Shown: positions 50,554 through 62,664, numbered from the whole stretch's first letter. The stretch: DNA of 63,827 bases, filler included, from Folioceros fuciformis (GCA_049999805.1; 10 parts of 10 records of this genome joined end to end with filler, not necessarily neighbours in it), one strand, 5' to 3'. Program-made: numbers and translations. The notes: generated by a model from the letters alone, not told the origin.

Positions 50554-51267
50554 AGATAGCTTACTTCCCTGGATTGATCTTGAACTTTAATAACCTTGTT
50601 ATTTTAAAATCAAGAATTTATTTTTCTTCCTCAAGAGATAAGTGCTCCACATAGAAACATTTAATTTTTTTCCCTCCATAAAAGAACCAGAAAATATTTT
50701 ATTATTCTTATTCTGTTATTTTTTTCTGCTTCTTTTTTCATATTTTTCATATTTCTTCTGCAACGGTGTCAGAGCATCTTCATCTGTGAGCCGGCCTACC
50801 AGCTTCAGATCAGAAGTCTTAAGCAAGTTCAATCACCTTCCACTACACCGTCGAGTTCAAAACCTTTCAGGGAACATTCTGCCACTACATTAACTTGCCA
50901 CACAGCTGGGTAACCCACCCCTACAAATTCTTTTTCATGAACTCAACTATATCGCAAGTTACAAAACAGCAAACTTCTCTACTCACCACTGTCAACCACC
51001 CAAAGCATGTGCCACTTTTTGAGTATATGCAGCTAATGAGCATGTGATAGTTCAGGCACAGACTCACAAACACAAGCCTCAATATAGGGCTTCAAATTTC
51101 AGAGACCGACAATGTACCCTAGAATCAGACAGTTTCCAGCACAAGTCTGTCTCTTCGAGGTGTTAAAGATCGACGACCCATCTAAGGGTAAGAGACTGCC
51201 ACCTGTTCACAGTGTTGTAATGGAAAGCCGATGTTACACACAATTAACACACACTTTGCAAGCCCCC

Positions 51268-52836
51268 CTACGTCTTACTCCACTCCATGGTACACGCGCC
51301 CTTGAGGGGCTCGGTCAGAGTTTCCCCCGCAGGAGTCTTAATTGTAGCAGCTGTGAACCCTTTATCAAACCGGATTTGCCAGAAGCCCTCCGCAGATTCT
51401 TCAAAATCAATACTCTCAGGTGCAAAATCCAAGACAGCCCAGTTTTGCACCAGATCTAGCTCAAAAAAATGCCAGTATTTGCCTCCTTTTCTGAATCGTT
51501 TCAAGTGCCCTTCCTTGTCCAACCCATCTCTCATACCTTCTATAAGCCAGCCGAGGTCGCCGCAGAAATAATCCACTCTTCCGGAGACTCCGTACACATA
51601 CCCTACTTCAGGACTCCAGATTGCAGACTCGGGTAATAAACTGGTTCCCACTTTGTAGAACTCATCCATATAAACTCGCTCATTCCGTGTGCCTGCTGCA
51701 GTGGTGCCTGCTGATTTAGCAAGTGCATCTGTATTCATTAAACCTACAGCACGCCTTATGTATTTACTGAAGTCCAGATCATTTGTCCCCAGACTGTACT
51801 TCTTTTTCGGTACCAACTTGAAATGATCGATAAGGAAAACCATACGATGAAGAGGGCTCACGAAGCTAACCCGACCATCTTCTGCAATAGCATGTTGCCC
51901 CATCTGGTAAAGGGCAGCTGGACCCATTCCCTCGCCTTCACGTGGAATGTCATGTAGAGCGATATCCTCGCTTTCGCTTGTACAGAGCCGAAGTAGAAAA
52001 TCTGCAAGTTCTGGTTTCAGGAGGTCAACCATGGATCTGATGTTCTTCATTTCCATGTAAAATGAGTAAGATGTTAACAACTGCATGGCCCTAGCTTCAT
52101 GCTTTTCTGGGGGAATACTACCATACATCAGCTTTTTGTAAAGATAATCCAAAACTGGACATATGAGCCCAGGCTGCATCCTGCAAATCCGACCAACGTA
52201 ATCCTTGATGTAATCAGTCAGCTGCAACGGCAGCCAACAATCTCGAACGTGCCCCAACCAGGAATTCCATAGCTCACGATACTCATCAGCTGTCAGGGCA
52301 AGATGGTAACGAGATCCTTCGTCCCATCCGTCACATCCCCAAAGTCTAACTTCAGGTCGCGCCGCCAGGTTGGCTGGACTAGGGGTCACAGCTGACACCA
52401 TGCTATGACTTGCCCTGCACCCTCGGACGAAAACTAAGACTATCCTCAAGTGACGATCTCTCACCCTTGTGTAATTAAAAAAAGAATCACACTTCCAACG
52501 TTCCACATCCAACAGAACCTGTGCTTCGTCCACCAGTAAGATCTTCACGACACTCTTATCATCGATATAATCTAGCCATGACATTTTCAATTGAGCTTTG
52601 AACACATCATTCAACGATTCCCTGTCCTCGTGGAGCCTCATGCACAAAAGATCTGCCCTGTAACCAGGCATACTTCCGAAATGGTCTGCCAGCAATTCGA
52701 CAAGGGAGGTCTTACCTGACTGTGGAGGACCCCGAATCACCACAACTCCATTCTCCAGTAACTTGTCCGAGATTCCCTCAACAGTCTTCCTTCTCAGTAT
52801 CTTATAAGGTCTTTCCAACAACCCATCATACGGCAC
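51268..52836 (-). CDS. Crinkler-type P-loop NTPase fused to a PD-(D/E)xK restriction-endonuclease-like domain; 5' incomplete
   Basis: Walker A GPPQSGKTS and Walker B ILLVDEAQ. C-terminal ERVYMDEFY...SPE...GRVDYF...WLIEGMRDG...HLKRF..GGKY. 522 open codons; no ATG before Walker A. Confidence 0.75.
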   Translation of the reverse strand: MPYDGLLERPYKILRRKTVEGISDKLLENGVVVIRGPPQSGKTSLVELLADHFGSMPGYRADLLCMRLHEDRESLNDVFKAQLKMSWLDYIDDKSVVKILLVDEAQVLLDVERWKCDSFFNYTRVRDRHLRIVLVFVRGCRASHSMVSAVTPSPANLAARPEVRLWGCDGWDEGSRYHLALTADEYRELWNSWLGHVRDCWLPLQLTDYIKDYVGRICRMQPGLICPVLDYLYKKLMYGSIPPEKHEARAMQLLTSYSFYMEMKNIRSMVDLLKPELADFLLRLCTSESEDIALHDIPREGEGMGPAALYQMGQHAIAEDGRVSFVSPLHRMVFLIDHFKLVPKKKYSLGTNDLDFSKYIRRAVGLMNTDALAKSAGTTAAGTRNERVYMDEFYKVGTSLLPESAIWSPEVGYVYGVSGRVDYFCGDLGWLIEGMRDGLDKEGHLKRFRKGGKYWHFFELDLVQNWAVLDFAPESIDFEESAEGFWQIRFDKGFTAATIKTPAGETLTEPLKGACTMEWSKT

Positions 52837-53063
52837 TCCTGAGGGTTTCCTGGCTCTGCTGGTGCCAGAGCAAGAGGGGTGGCCTTGACGACAAAAGCAT
52901 CANNNNNNNNNNNNNNNNNNNNNNNNNNNNNNNNNNNNNNNNNNNNTTAATTAATTAANNNNNNNNNNNNNNNNNNNNNNNNNNNNNNNNNNNNNNNNNN
53001 NNACCCTGAATCTCAACACGGGCAAAACAAACAGCTCAGCTAAGAAAACCTAAAATTGATTAC

Positions 53064-53426
53064 CGTTCACTTTCTCGCGAGTGATGCGCTCGATGTGCAC
53101 AACCCACTTCCTCCTGTACACCTGGACAACCTTGCCCTCCTGCCCCTTGTGAGGTCCACGCACAACCATCACCTCATCATCCTTCCTTACCGGAACGGAC
53201 CGCACCTGCGCCAGGCACAAACCCTTCAGTCACACAACAAACGGAAACGCGGGGATACCAAAGAACCCTAGCCAGGCAAACGATTGAGAATCCCTCGTAC
53301 GTTGTATTTGTTCTTCAAGTCCGAAGACAGTGCGGCGCTCATCAAAATCCGCCTCACGCTCGACGGAGCCTTGAAATGGTCCCGCCGAGACTTGCGCCTC
53401 GAGCTGCTCACTCTGCTGAATTTCAT
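53064..53426 (-). CDS. RPL26: 60S ribosomal protein L26 (uL24), exons 1-2; last exon lost in gap
   Basis: Exon 1 53426-53301 [42 protein letters not shown]. Exon 2 53205-53064 [17 protein letters not shown]...[23 protein letters not shown] introns. Confidence 0.96.
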
Positions 53427-54454
53427 GGTGCCGGAGCTGCGAGAGGTGCTGAGGAGGCGCTTGGAGAAAGGACTCTTGGAGACGGGGATTCTTCTTATTA
53501 TTAGGGCTTACTTCGCTAGGGCTGCCGTATTGGGTGGGTTGTACAGCTTGTAGTTTCTAACATCAGTTTATACCAACTAGTAAGGAGACTTCCAGGCTAC
53601 CCGTCTGGCTCTCCTTCAAACTTAGCGGGCTGCTGGACTCGCCGACCTCCTGATGTCAAAGTGAACATCGTCTGCATCCTGCGGCTGCTTGCCGCCAGGC
53701 GCCTTGTGCGTTGCGTTGTCTCTTGTCCTCTATGGTCGAAATGTGGAGCTTGTTGCATTCTCGGCTTAGTGTTGGCTCGGTACAGAAACTTTGGCTGGCT
53801 GGTCTCCCTTCGTCAGGTGCCGCCTCCGATCGTGGAACAATTTGATCATAGTAAGTTTTTTGTCTCTGTAGATTGATGTTCTTGGCAAAGTAAGCCACGC
53901 TCCTCCAATTCCGTCTCTGTGGCAAGGTGCCGTTTCATGGACTTGGACACCGGATGCGGACGATGGCATGCGCCGGATGGCCCATCGACGGCTTCTGTCC
54001 CGACAAGTTCAACGCCCGGACCAACCGGCAAGTCCCCTCGCTTCCAGGGAGCTACCTTCTCCGTGTGGTACGTCTTTGCAACAAAATGCTGGTTGAAAGG
54101 TTTCGGATTGTACTGTATCCTCAAGGGGGTGAACTCCCTGAGACCCATCCTGGCATGTACAGGGGAGAGTGGAAACTCAGGATAGTTTTGAATGAGAAGG
54201 TCCTCGAGGAATCCCACAGTGAGTTTCATCGAAAGTCTTCCGAAAAAAGAGCAACAACGCAAAACTGTTGCGACCAAAGGAGCACAGAAATTCCGGTCCA
54301 AATAGATTAAGGAGGGATAGACAAAGCTAAACTTCCATGACCATCCCACTGATTAACAAAAATTGGAAAGAAATGGTCCGCATCCCGTCTGGAAAAAACG
54401 AGAGAACAATGCCACAACAGAAGAGAACAGGAGACGGCCCTCCGCAAGTCTGGG

Positions 54455-55503
54455 TCAAGAACGTCCGATTCCCCAAACCCTGATGTGGCCATCAGTATAG
54501 CCACTGTAAAGAGTACTACCATCTGCGCTCCAGTTGAGGCTCGTGCAGTAGGAGATCTGCAACATGAGAGTGAGGCAGGGCAATGAGCAAGAGGAAGGAA
54601 AGGAATAAGGAGGAAGACCAGGAGGAGGACAAAGTAAGAAAAAATACGCACCTGGCCCTTCCGAGCACCAGCAAAAATCTCGGAGGGGCGGAGGTCATCC
54701 ACGATGCTCTTGCTCTCCAGGTCCCATATCTTGATGCACTGTTGGGTTGCAGCGCAGAGCCAATAGCGGTTGGGGCTGAAGCAGAGTGCGTGTATGATGT
54801 CACCAGCGTCCAAAGAGTACAGGCGCTTGCCCTCGGCCAAGTCCCAAAGCATAGCTACACCGTCCTTGCCTCCGCTGGCGCAGAGGGAGCCATCGGGGGA
54901 CACGGTGACTGTCTCGATGTAGCCGGTGTGCCCCGCCAAGGTGGTGCGGAGCTTGCAATTGGTCAAGTTCCACACCTTCACCATCTTGTCCCAGCCGCCC
55001 GAGACGATGATGGGGTTGTTGGTGACGGGAGAGAAGCGTACGCAGCTCACCCACCCCGAGTGAGCATCAGAGTCCTGTATCGTGTACTTGCACTCCCCCA
55101 GGGTGTTCCACAGCTTGATAGTCTTGTCCCGGGACCCTGAAACAATCTGGCGGTTGTCGACAGAAAACGCGACGCTGAGCACATCCTTGGTGTGGCCCAC
55201 AAAGCGGCGGGTGGTAGAGCCCGTGGTGAGATCCCACAGCCGCAGCGTCCCGTCCCAGGAACCGGACAGCGCGAACTGGCCGTCGGAGGAGATCACCACA
55301 TCCTGCACGAAGTGGCCGTGTCCTGTTAGCCGCCGCTTGGCGAATCCGTAGTTGCCCTCCTCCCGGGTAAGGGTCCACACGATGATGCTCTTGTCGCGGG
55401 ACGAGCTCAGGATCAAGTCCGGGTTGTCAAGGGGGCAGGCGATCGCTGTCACCCAGTTGCTGTGCCCCTTGAGAGTCCCACGCAGCACCAGCGTTTCCGC
55501 CAT
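54455..55503 (-). CDS. RACK1: Receptor for activated C kinase 1 (WD40, 40S-associated), 317 aa, 2 exons
   Basis: [22 protein letters not shown]...[13 protein letters not shown]. Exons 55503-54652 and 54556-54455 ([33 protein letters not shown]). Confidence 0.98.
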
Positions 55504-55742
55504 CTTCTTTCCTCCCTTCTCCTCCGACTTCCACAACCTTGGGTGACAGGAATCAAAGAGACCTAGTACCGGCTCGTCCTCCCCTATTTGGTCCAATCCA
55601 ACAATCCCCGTTTCCACTTAGGGTTCTGCATTCACTTCCGCCCAATTTAGGGTTTACACTGAACCCTAACTGGGGGTCATGCCATATCCCTCGACGATGC
55701 CATGGTCAATGATGGAGTCTCCCGCCAGCATCCGCTTCGGCC
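55504..55742. promoter_or_regulatory. Bidirectional promoter region with telo-box
   Basis: 239 bp between divergent ATGs. TAGGGTTT at 55648-55655, plus partial TTAGGGTT and AACCCTAA nearby. Telo-boxes are typical of plant translation-machinery genes. Confidence 0.6.
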
Positions 55743-56196
55743 ATGATGCGTGCAGCTGGGCTACGGAGATGGCGCCGGCAGCTTCTCCTCGCTCGGTCTT
55801 ACTCGTCGTCGGAGGGGCTCTCGGCCTGGCAGCAGCAGCACGCGGCTTGGCAGAGCAACGTTGCTGCTGAGGCTGTGCAGCAGCAGCAATTGCAGCAAGG
55901 ATCCTCGCAGTTTCCGCAAGGCGATGCTCCCACCCAGCATTTCGTGCAAGGAAATTTGCCTTCCGTGCAGTTCGTGCAAAGTAGCACCGGAATTCCGTCT
56001 TCCCCGCAGTTCGTGCAAGGGCATCATAACGTCGGGCGGGAACCTGGCCAGTTCGACGGTCTCGCGACTGGCCAGGGAAATGGAGTTCAGCACCAGGGTA
56101 TCCAGGGAAACCCGGTTGGGCAGCACTGGAATCAGCAAGATGGTGGGAATCCGCAGTTTCTGCAAGGGAGCAGCGGGGCTCCGCCTTCACCGCAGT
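55743..56196 (+). CDS. N-terminus of a probable mitochondrion-targeted protein with a Q/G-rich region; truncated by gap
   Basis: Arg-rich, acid-free presequence MMRAAGLRRWRRQLLLARSYSS (R-2/R-3-like site), followed by QFxQG repeats. Open to the contig end. Confidence 0.6.
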
Positions 56197-56374
56197 NNNN
56201 NNNNNNNNNNNNNNNNNNNNNNNNNNNNNNNNNNNNNNNNTTAATTAATTAANNNNNNNNNNNNNNNNNNNNNNNNNNNNNNNNNNNNNNNNNNNNAAGA
56301 CAGTGGTGATGTGTATTGTTTTCATGGTTGTGATCACCAATACCACCCTCTCTTCTCTCCTCTCCTCTCCTACA

Positions 56375-58278
56375 CTTGCACGTAGACTGAAGTCGATCCT
56401 ATTGACAAGGTACACCTATACAAGCTACAATGCGCAACATTATGCGTATATGACAAGGGTCACAGCTTGTAAGGAGCCAACCAAGTTTGCTGAGGCAGTG
56501 ACAGATGATAAGTGGTGTCAAGCCATGGATGAAGAATACTCAGCAGTAGTTGAGAACGGAACGTGGGATTTGGTTCAATTGCCTGATGGCAAGGTTCCTA
56601 TTGGTTCTAAGTGGGTGTACAAGCTGAAGTTCAAGTCAGATGGAACGCTGGAGCGTTACAAGGCCAGGTTGGTTGCAAAGGGATATGCACAACAGTATGG
56701 TCTTGATTATGAGAAACCTTTTAGTCCAGTAGCCAAGATGACAACTGTAAGGACAGTCATAGCATTAGCAGCAGCTAAAGGATGGAAGTTATGGCAAATG
56801 GATGTCAAGAATGCCTTCTTGAATGGTAGTTGCAGAAGGAAGTGTACGTAAAACAGCCTGAAGGCTATGTTCATCCTAAGTTTCCAACATACGTCTGCAA
56901 ACTGAAGAAGGCATTGTATGGACTCAAACAGGCACCTAGAGCATGGAATGCTCGTATCACAAGCTATTTGAAGGAGCGAGGGTTTGTGATTGGAGACGCA
57001 GATCACAGTATGTTTGTAAAACAGACCAAGGTAGGACAAGTGTGTCTTGTCGTTTATGTTAACGACCTGATCATCACAGGAGAATGATGCAAATGGTATT
57101 GCAGATGTCAAGGCGAATCTGCAAAAAGAGTTCAAAGTGAAGGATCTTGGTGAACTCAGATACTTCTTAGGAATTGAGGTTGTGTCTGCACCTCAAGGAA
57201 TCTGGCTATTCCAAAAACAATATGCTAAGGATATGTTGCAGAAGTATGGCATGGCAGATTGCAAAGCGATGGATACACCATTGGAGCAGAACGTCAAGCT
57301 GCAAATGGATGTAGGAGCTGAGCTGGAAAATGTGACTATGTATCGATAGATGGTCGGAAGTTTGATCTACCTGACTATCACACGTCCTGACTTAAGTTAT
57401 GCAGTGGGACTGATTAGTCAATTCATGCAGAACCCAAGGAAACCGCACTTGGATGCAGTTAGAAGAATCATGAGACATGTGAAAGGAACTACTGAGTTTG
57501 GATTGCTCTATGAGCATAGGAAGCATCTTGAACTGATAGGATATACAGATACTGATTGGGCTGGTTGTGCGTATGACAGAAGATCAATCAGTGGATATGC
57601 ATTCAGTCTGGGAAGTAGTATGATCAACTGGCAAAGCAAGAAACAACCGACAGTTGTTTTGTCAAGCACAGAAGCAGACTATCAAGGAGCTGCAATGGTA
57701 GCCTGTGAAGCAGCTTGGTTGCAGAAGTTGCTACATGATCTTGGAAATATAGTGAACAGCAAGGTTACAATCTACTGTGACAACATGAGTAGCATGAGGT
57801 TGGCTACTAATCCTGTGTTTCATGCTCATTCGAAGCACATAGAAGTACATTATCATTTCATCAGGGAAGCGGTATTATCTGAGAAGATAGATCTTCGGCA
57901 CGTGAAGACCGAAGACCAGGTAGCAGATATCTTTACTAAGTCGCTAGGTAGAGATAAGTTCTTACTCTTTCGTGAACTACCTGGAGTGTTACAAATAGTC
58001 TGAGCTTGAGGGGGAGTGTTAGAAATCAAGCTCTAACTGAATTGTTATTAAGAGCATACAACACTTAGGATAGTGTAGATTATCCCATATTGAACTCGTA
58101 GTTATCTATCACCTAAGTGTTATCAGGATATATCAGGATATACTAGGATATTGCGCCCTCGAGACTACGGCTTACCTTATCGAGGGTTGCCCCGCCTGAA
58201 GGCTTATATATGTAGCATCCTATGCACCATAAGTAAGGAACTGTGGAGTCCTTCTAAGCCTGTGGTGCTATTTCAACA
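56375..58278 (+). mobile_element. Ty1/copia I (RT-RNaseH, PPT, 3' LTR 58017-58278)
   Basis: [69 protein letters not shown]...ATTTCAACA. 56297-56374 ends in CCTACA and looks like the end of another inserted LTR. Confidence 0.95.
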
Positions 58279-61200
58279 TAGAACACCACTCTAGTGACCA
58301 AAAGAGAAGCATGCCAACTGCTTTGTATCATCAACCTAAGTGATGGAATATTTGTGTAGTGAAAGGTCCTACCAAATAAGTGATTTGTCTAGTGTCATGT
58401 ATCTACTACAATCCACCAAACCAAGCCCTTCTTTGTGAAAATAGTGTTTGAACTTAGGCAAGGACTTGGTCAGGACATTTGTTGTGTTGTCGTCGGTAGG
58501 TATATATTGAACCTTGACGATACCTCTCTCAGCAGCATCCCTAATATAATGATGTTGAATTTCTATATGCTTGGTGCGTGCATGGAAGACGGGGTTAGCA
58601 ACCAAAGCAATTGCTTACATGTTGTCACAATGCAAGATTGTTGGCCCTTCTTGCTTCATACCCAAGTCTTCACAAAGCTTCCTTTCCCACTCAGCCTTCT
58701 TAGTGGCTTCGGTGAGTGCCTTGTACACAAACTCTGTGGAAGACAGGGAGATGGCTGCTTGTTTTCTACACGACCAATTAACTACAGAGGAGTTGGCCAG
58801 AAAACAATAAGCTGATATACTTTTTCGGGTGTCTGCATCGAAAGCCCAATCTGCATCTACATAACAAGTTAGCTGCAGATGCTTCTTGCCGCTTGGCATA
58901 TAGCAAAGGCCATAATTAGGTGTACCCTTAAGGTAACTCATAATTCGCTTGATAGCAACCCAGTGATCCTTTCTTGGGTTTTCAGAGAACTGGGCAATAG
59001 TGTTGACTGTGTTAGATATATCGGGTCTTGTCTGATTACTCATGAACATGAGGGTGCCAACTGCCATGCGATAAGGAGTATTTTCCATCTCCTTCTTGTC
59101 TTTCTTCAGATTGGGGACATGAGGCAGATGAGAGCTTGACTCCAAACGCACCTGGGGTGGTTGACGCCCTAGCATTCTCCATGTTGAAGCGTTTGAGCAT
59201 ACCAGCTACATATCTACCTTGGTGAAGATAGATAGCACCTGTGGTATCCTTATGTACATGCATGCCAAGGATATACTTAACCTTTCCCAGGTCCTTCATC
59301 TCGAATTCCCTGCTGAGATCAGCTTTTATCTTGTTGACTAGTTCAACGTTATTGCTTGGAATGATTAAGTCATCCACGTAGAATGCAACTAGAACAAGTG
59401 AGCTATCCTTGCGTAGCACATAAATATTAGTATCTGCTTCACTTTGAACAAAACCTATTTTCTTAAGATATGAATCCATTCTCTCATACCACAGTCGTGG
59501 GCTTTGCTTAAGGCCATAAATTGAGCGATTAAGTTTACACACCTTTTGTGGACAAGCCTTATCTTCGTAATCCTCGGGTTGATCCATGTAGATCTCTTCC
59601 TTAAGATGACCATAGAGAAAGGCTGTACACACATCAAGCTGATAGATCTCCAAGTTTAGTTCAGCACATAAAGCAAGGAGCATTCTAACTGATGTAGCCT
59701 TGACGACGGGTGAGTAGACCTTATAGCCTTGATAATCCACTCTCTCTTTTTTACTATATCCCTTAGCTACTAATCTCGCCTTGTAGCAAATTCGTGGCTC
59801 TACTTCCTGGAACTTAGTTTTAAGAACCCATTTGCACTTGACAGTGGTCCTACCCTTAGGCAGACTAACCAAAGTCCAAGTGTTGTTTTTAAGTAATGAG
59901 TTGTACTCATCATCAATAGCCAGCTTCCATTTGGCTGCCTCGGGTCTCGAGTAAGCTTCCTGTAAGATTAAAGGATCTCCCTCTGCAGCAGTAACACTTA
60001 AGGCATAGAGAGCATCCAAAGAATTAACATAGGTTAAGCTAGCTTGATTAAACTCAATATCAAATGGTTGTTCCTTCCATAGATGCCTAGGCTAGCGCAC
60101 ATGAGTAGGATATCTATGCTCAGGAGCAGCCGGGGGCCTAGGTAGGGATGGAGGAGTGACAGGTGCTTGAGGAATATCATGGGGCACCATGTGTTCAAAA
60201 TCAACATGTTCAACATCACCTTGTTCCGTACGGGAGTCCTCAGATACTACCTCGTGGTCTATTTCCATGTCCCCCTCTCGAGCAGGAATAGGTGACTCAG
60301 GAGTGGGCTGCACTTGGGGAGCAGAAGTAGCAACTGGCGACACCAGAATTGCTTGAGGGATACGAGCTATACGAGGAGGAACACCAACAGTCGGAAAAGT
60401 AAAGGGCTGAACAAAGGGATCAATAGAAGGATCACCAGAAGAGCGAGGAGTGCTCGACCCAGAGGAAGCACCATCTTGCACGTCAAGGGGAGGCTCAAAT
60501 GACGTCGCAAGAGCAGGCACTATCTTAGCTTCATCAAAGGTAACAGTGCGGGCGTAGATAGGAATCCGAGAGTCCAAGTCCACGAGCTTGTAGGCTTTGC
60601 GGTCATCGCAATAACCGACAAACACCAACTTGCGAGCACGAGCATCAAGCTTGACTCGAAGCTATGATGGGACAAGAGCATAGGCAGGGCAACCAAAAAC
60701 ACGAAGATGTGTAATTAAAGGCTTGCTCCCATGCCAACACTCATATGGAGTACGGCCAGAAACCGACTTGGTGAGGACTCTGTTCTTAATGTACACCGCA
60801 GTAGACACAACCTTAGCCCAAAAGGACTTGGGCAGCTGAGACTGTGCCAACATGGCACGAGCCATGGACATCAAATCACCATTGGCCTTCTCAGCAACGC
60901 TGTTCTGTGCAGAAGTGTAGGGCATTGTAAACTAACGCAAGACACCATGCTGCTCACAGAAGTCGCGAAACTGATGGTTGTTGAGTTCTCCCGCATTGTC
61001 GAAGCGAATACACCGAAGTTTACGGCCAGTCTGTAACTCAACCATAGTAACAAAGGGTGAGAACACATTAAATGAGTCACTCTTAAGACGGATAGTAAAT
61101 GCAAACGTATATCGATTGAAGTCATCCACAACAGTCATAAAGTGATTTGCTCCGCCTAAAGACGAGATAGGGAGAGGACCACATAAATCTACGTGGACCA

Positions 61201-62500
61201 AATCAAGAGGTGCCGAAGACCGACAAGCAGGAAGAGTAGGATAAGGGGAACTTCGTTGATTAGCAAGGACACAAGCTTCGCAGAGAGGCTGTGTTGACGG
61301 AAGCTTAGGAAGTTTATCCCGATACAAGTCCTGCTGGCAGGTGGCAAGTAGTCGAGCAGGGTTGAGGTGCCCGAGCCGGCAATGCCACAAGAGAGCTGCA
61401 CCTGGATGCGAGCTCCTATGAGGCTGGTCTCCGTGAGAGGAAACCACCGTAGAGGTAGCCGCTGAAAGCACGAGCTTGCCTGAAAAGACATACAAATCAT
61501 GACGAGATGACCTTTAGCAACAATAACCTGGGGGTTAGAAGTCCAAGATAACAGACAGTCTCCAGGGCCAAAGTTGAGGCGAAAGAATCCGTCGCGCAAG
61601 AGCTGTCTAACAAAGATAATATTCTTGGCCATCTGGGGAACATGTAGCACATTAGATATCTATGTAGTAGGATATCTATGCTCAGGAGCAGCCGGGGGCC
61701 TAGGTAGGGATGGAGGAGTGACAGGTGCTTGAGGAATATCATGGGGCACCATGTGTTCAAAATCAACATGTTCAACATCACCTTGTTCCGTACGGGGGTC
61801 CTCAGATACTACCTCGTGGTCTATTTCCATGTCCCCCTCTCGAGCAGGAATAGGTGACTCAGGAGCGGGCTGCACTTGGGGAGCAGAAGTAGCAACTGGC
61901 GACACCAGAATTGCTTGAGGGATAGGAGCCATACGAGGGGGAGGAACACCAACAGTTGGAAAAGTAAAGGGCTGAACAAAGGGATCATCATCCAAAGTGA
62001 AGGTGACGGAACCATGTCCCGCAATAGAAAGACCAGAGTCATCCCCAAGCAGTACGAAACGCTGAGCATTAGCAGACGCTGCATACATAGCGAACTTCGA
62101 CTTGTGGCTACAGATATGCGCTGACGCGGCAGAATCTATTAGCCAGGAACTCTTGTACTCAAAGGTCACAAGACAAACAGTGAGGGCAACGCCAGGGTTA
62201 GTATGGTTCTTGGCCTTAGACAAAACCGCCACGGTATTTGTCGTGCGAGGTTTGCGCTTGGCCTCACCAGCTTGCTTCTTCCTGCACTCCCTTGCCAATG
62301 ACCTGGGGACTGGCACTAGTTGCACTAGAGATGTCAACTAGAGATGTGCAACTAGTGCCGTACCTTGCCGCTTTGGTGTCTTCAACGAAGAGGGTGCTGA
62401 GGAAGCAGGCTTAGGAGTACCTCTGGAGTTATTCCTTCGATTGTTATTATTATAAGAATTCTTACGCTGCGATTGCCGTCCTTTGGAGACGAACATGACC
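58279..62500 (-). mobile_element. Ty1/copia J (gag end-PR-IN-RT-RNaseH), decayed
   Basis: WLIDSAASAH, LWHCRLGH, LVHVDLCGP, YKARLVAKGY, FYVDD, FHARTKHIEIQHHYIR; pol stop at 58369. Confidence 0.95.
61666..61987. repeat. Dispersed direct duplicate of 60104-60422 inserted in the protease region of copia J
   Basis: DPFVQPFTFPTVGVPP...APEHRYPT is present twice; copies differ by a 3-bp indel and several substitutions. Confidence 0.95.
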
Positions 62501-62664
62501 NNNNNNNNNNNNNNNNNNNNNNNNNNNNNNNNNNNNNNNNNNNNTTAATTAATTAANNNNNNNNNNNNNNNNNNNNNNNNNNNNNNNNNNNNNNNNNNNN
62601 CTCTCAGGCAGTTCGCATCTAGAGCAAGGTAGCTTGGAAGTCACACGTTTCTTTCTCATGGCAG

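Noticed and set aside
54307-55617. 436-aa extended RACK1 from the ORF track
   Set aside because: It uses an upstream GTG and reads through the intron. The spliced 317-aa model restores the seventh WD repeat.
6527-62600. Recurrent TTAATTAATTAA palindrome flanked by Ns, and ORFs running into X residues
   Set aside because: Artificial linker. ORFs touching it and gene neighbourhoods across it are not biological evidence.
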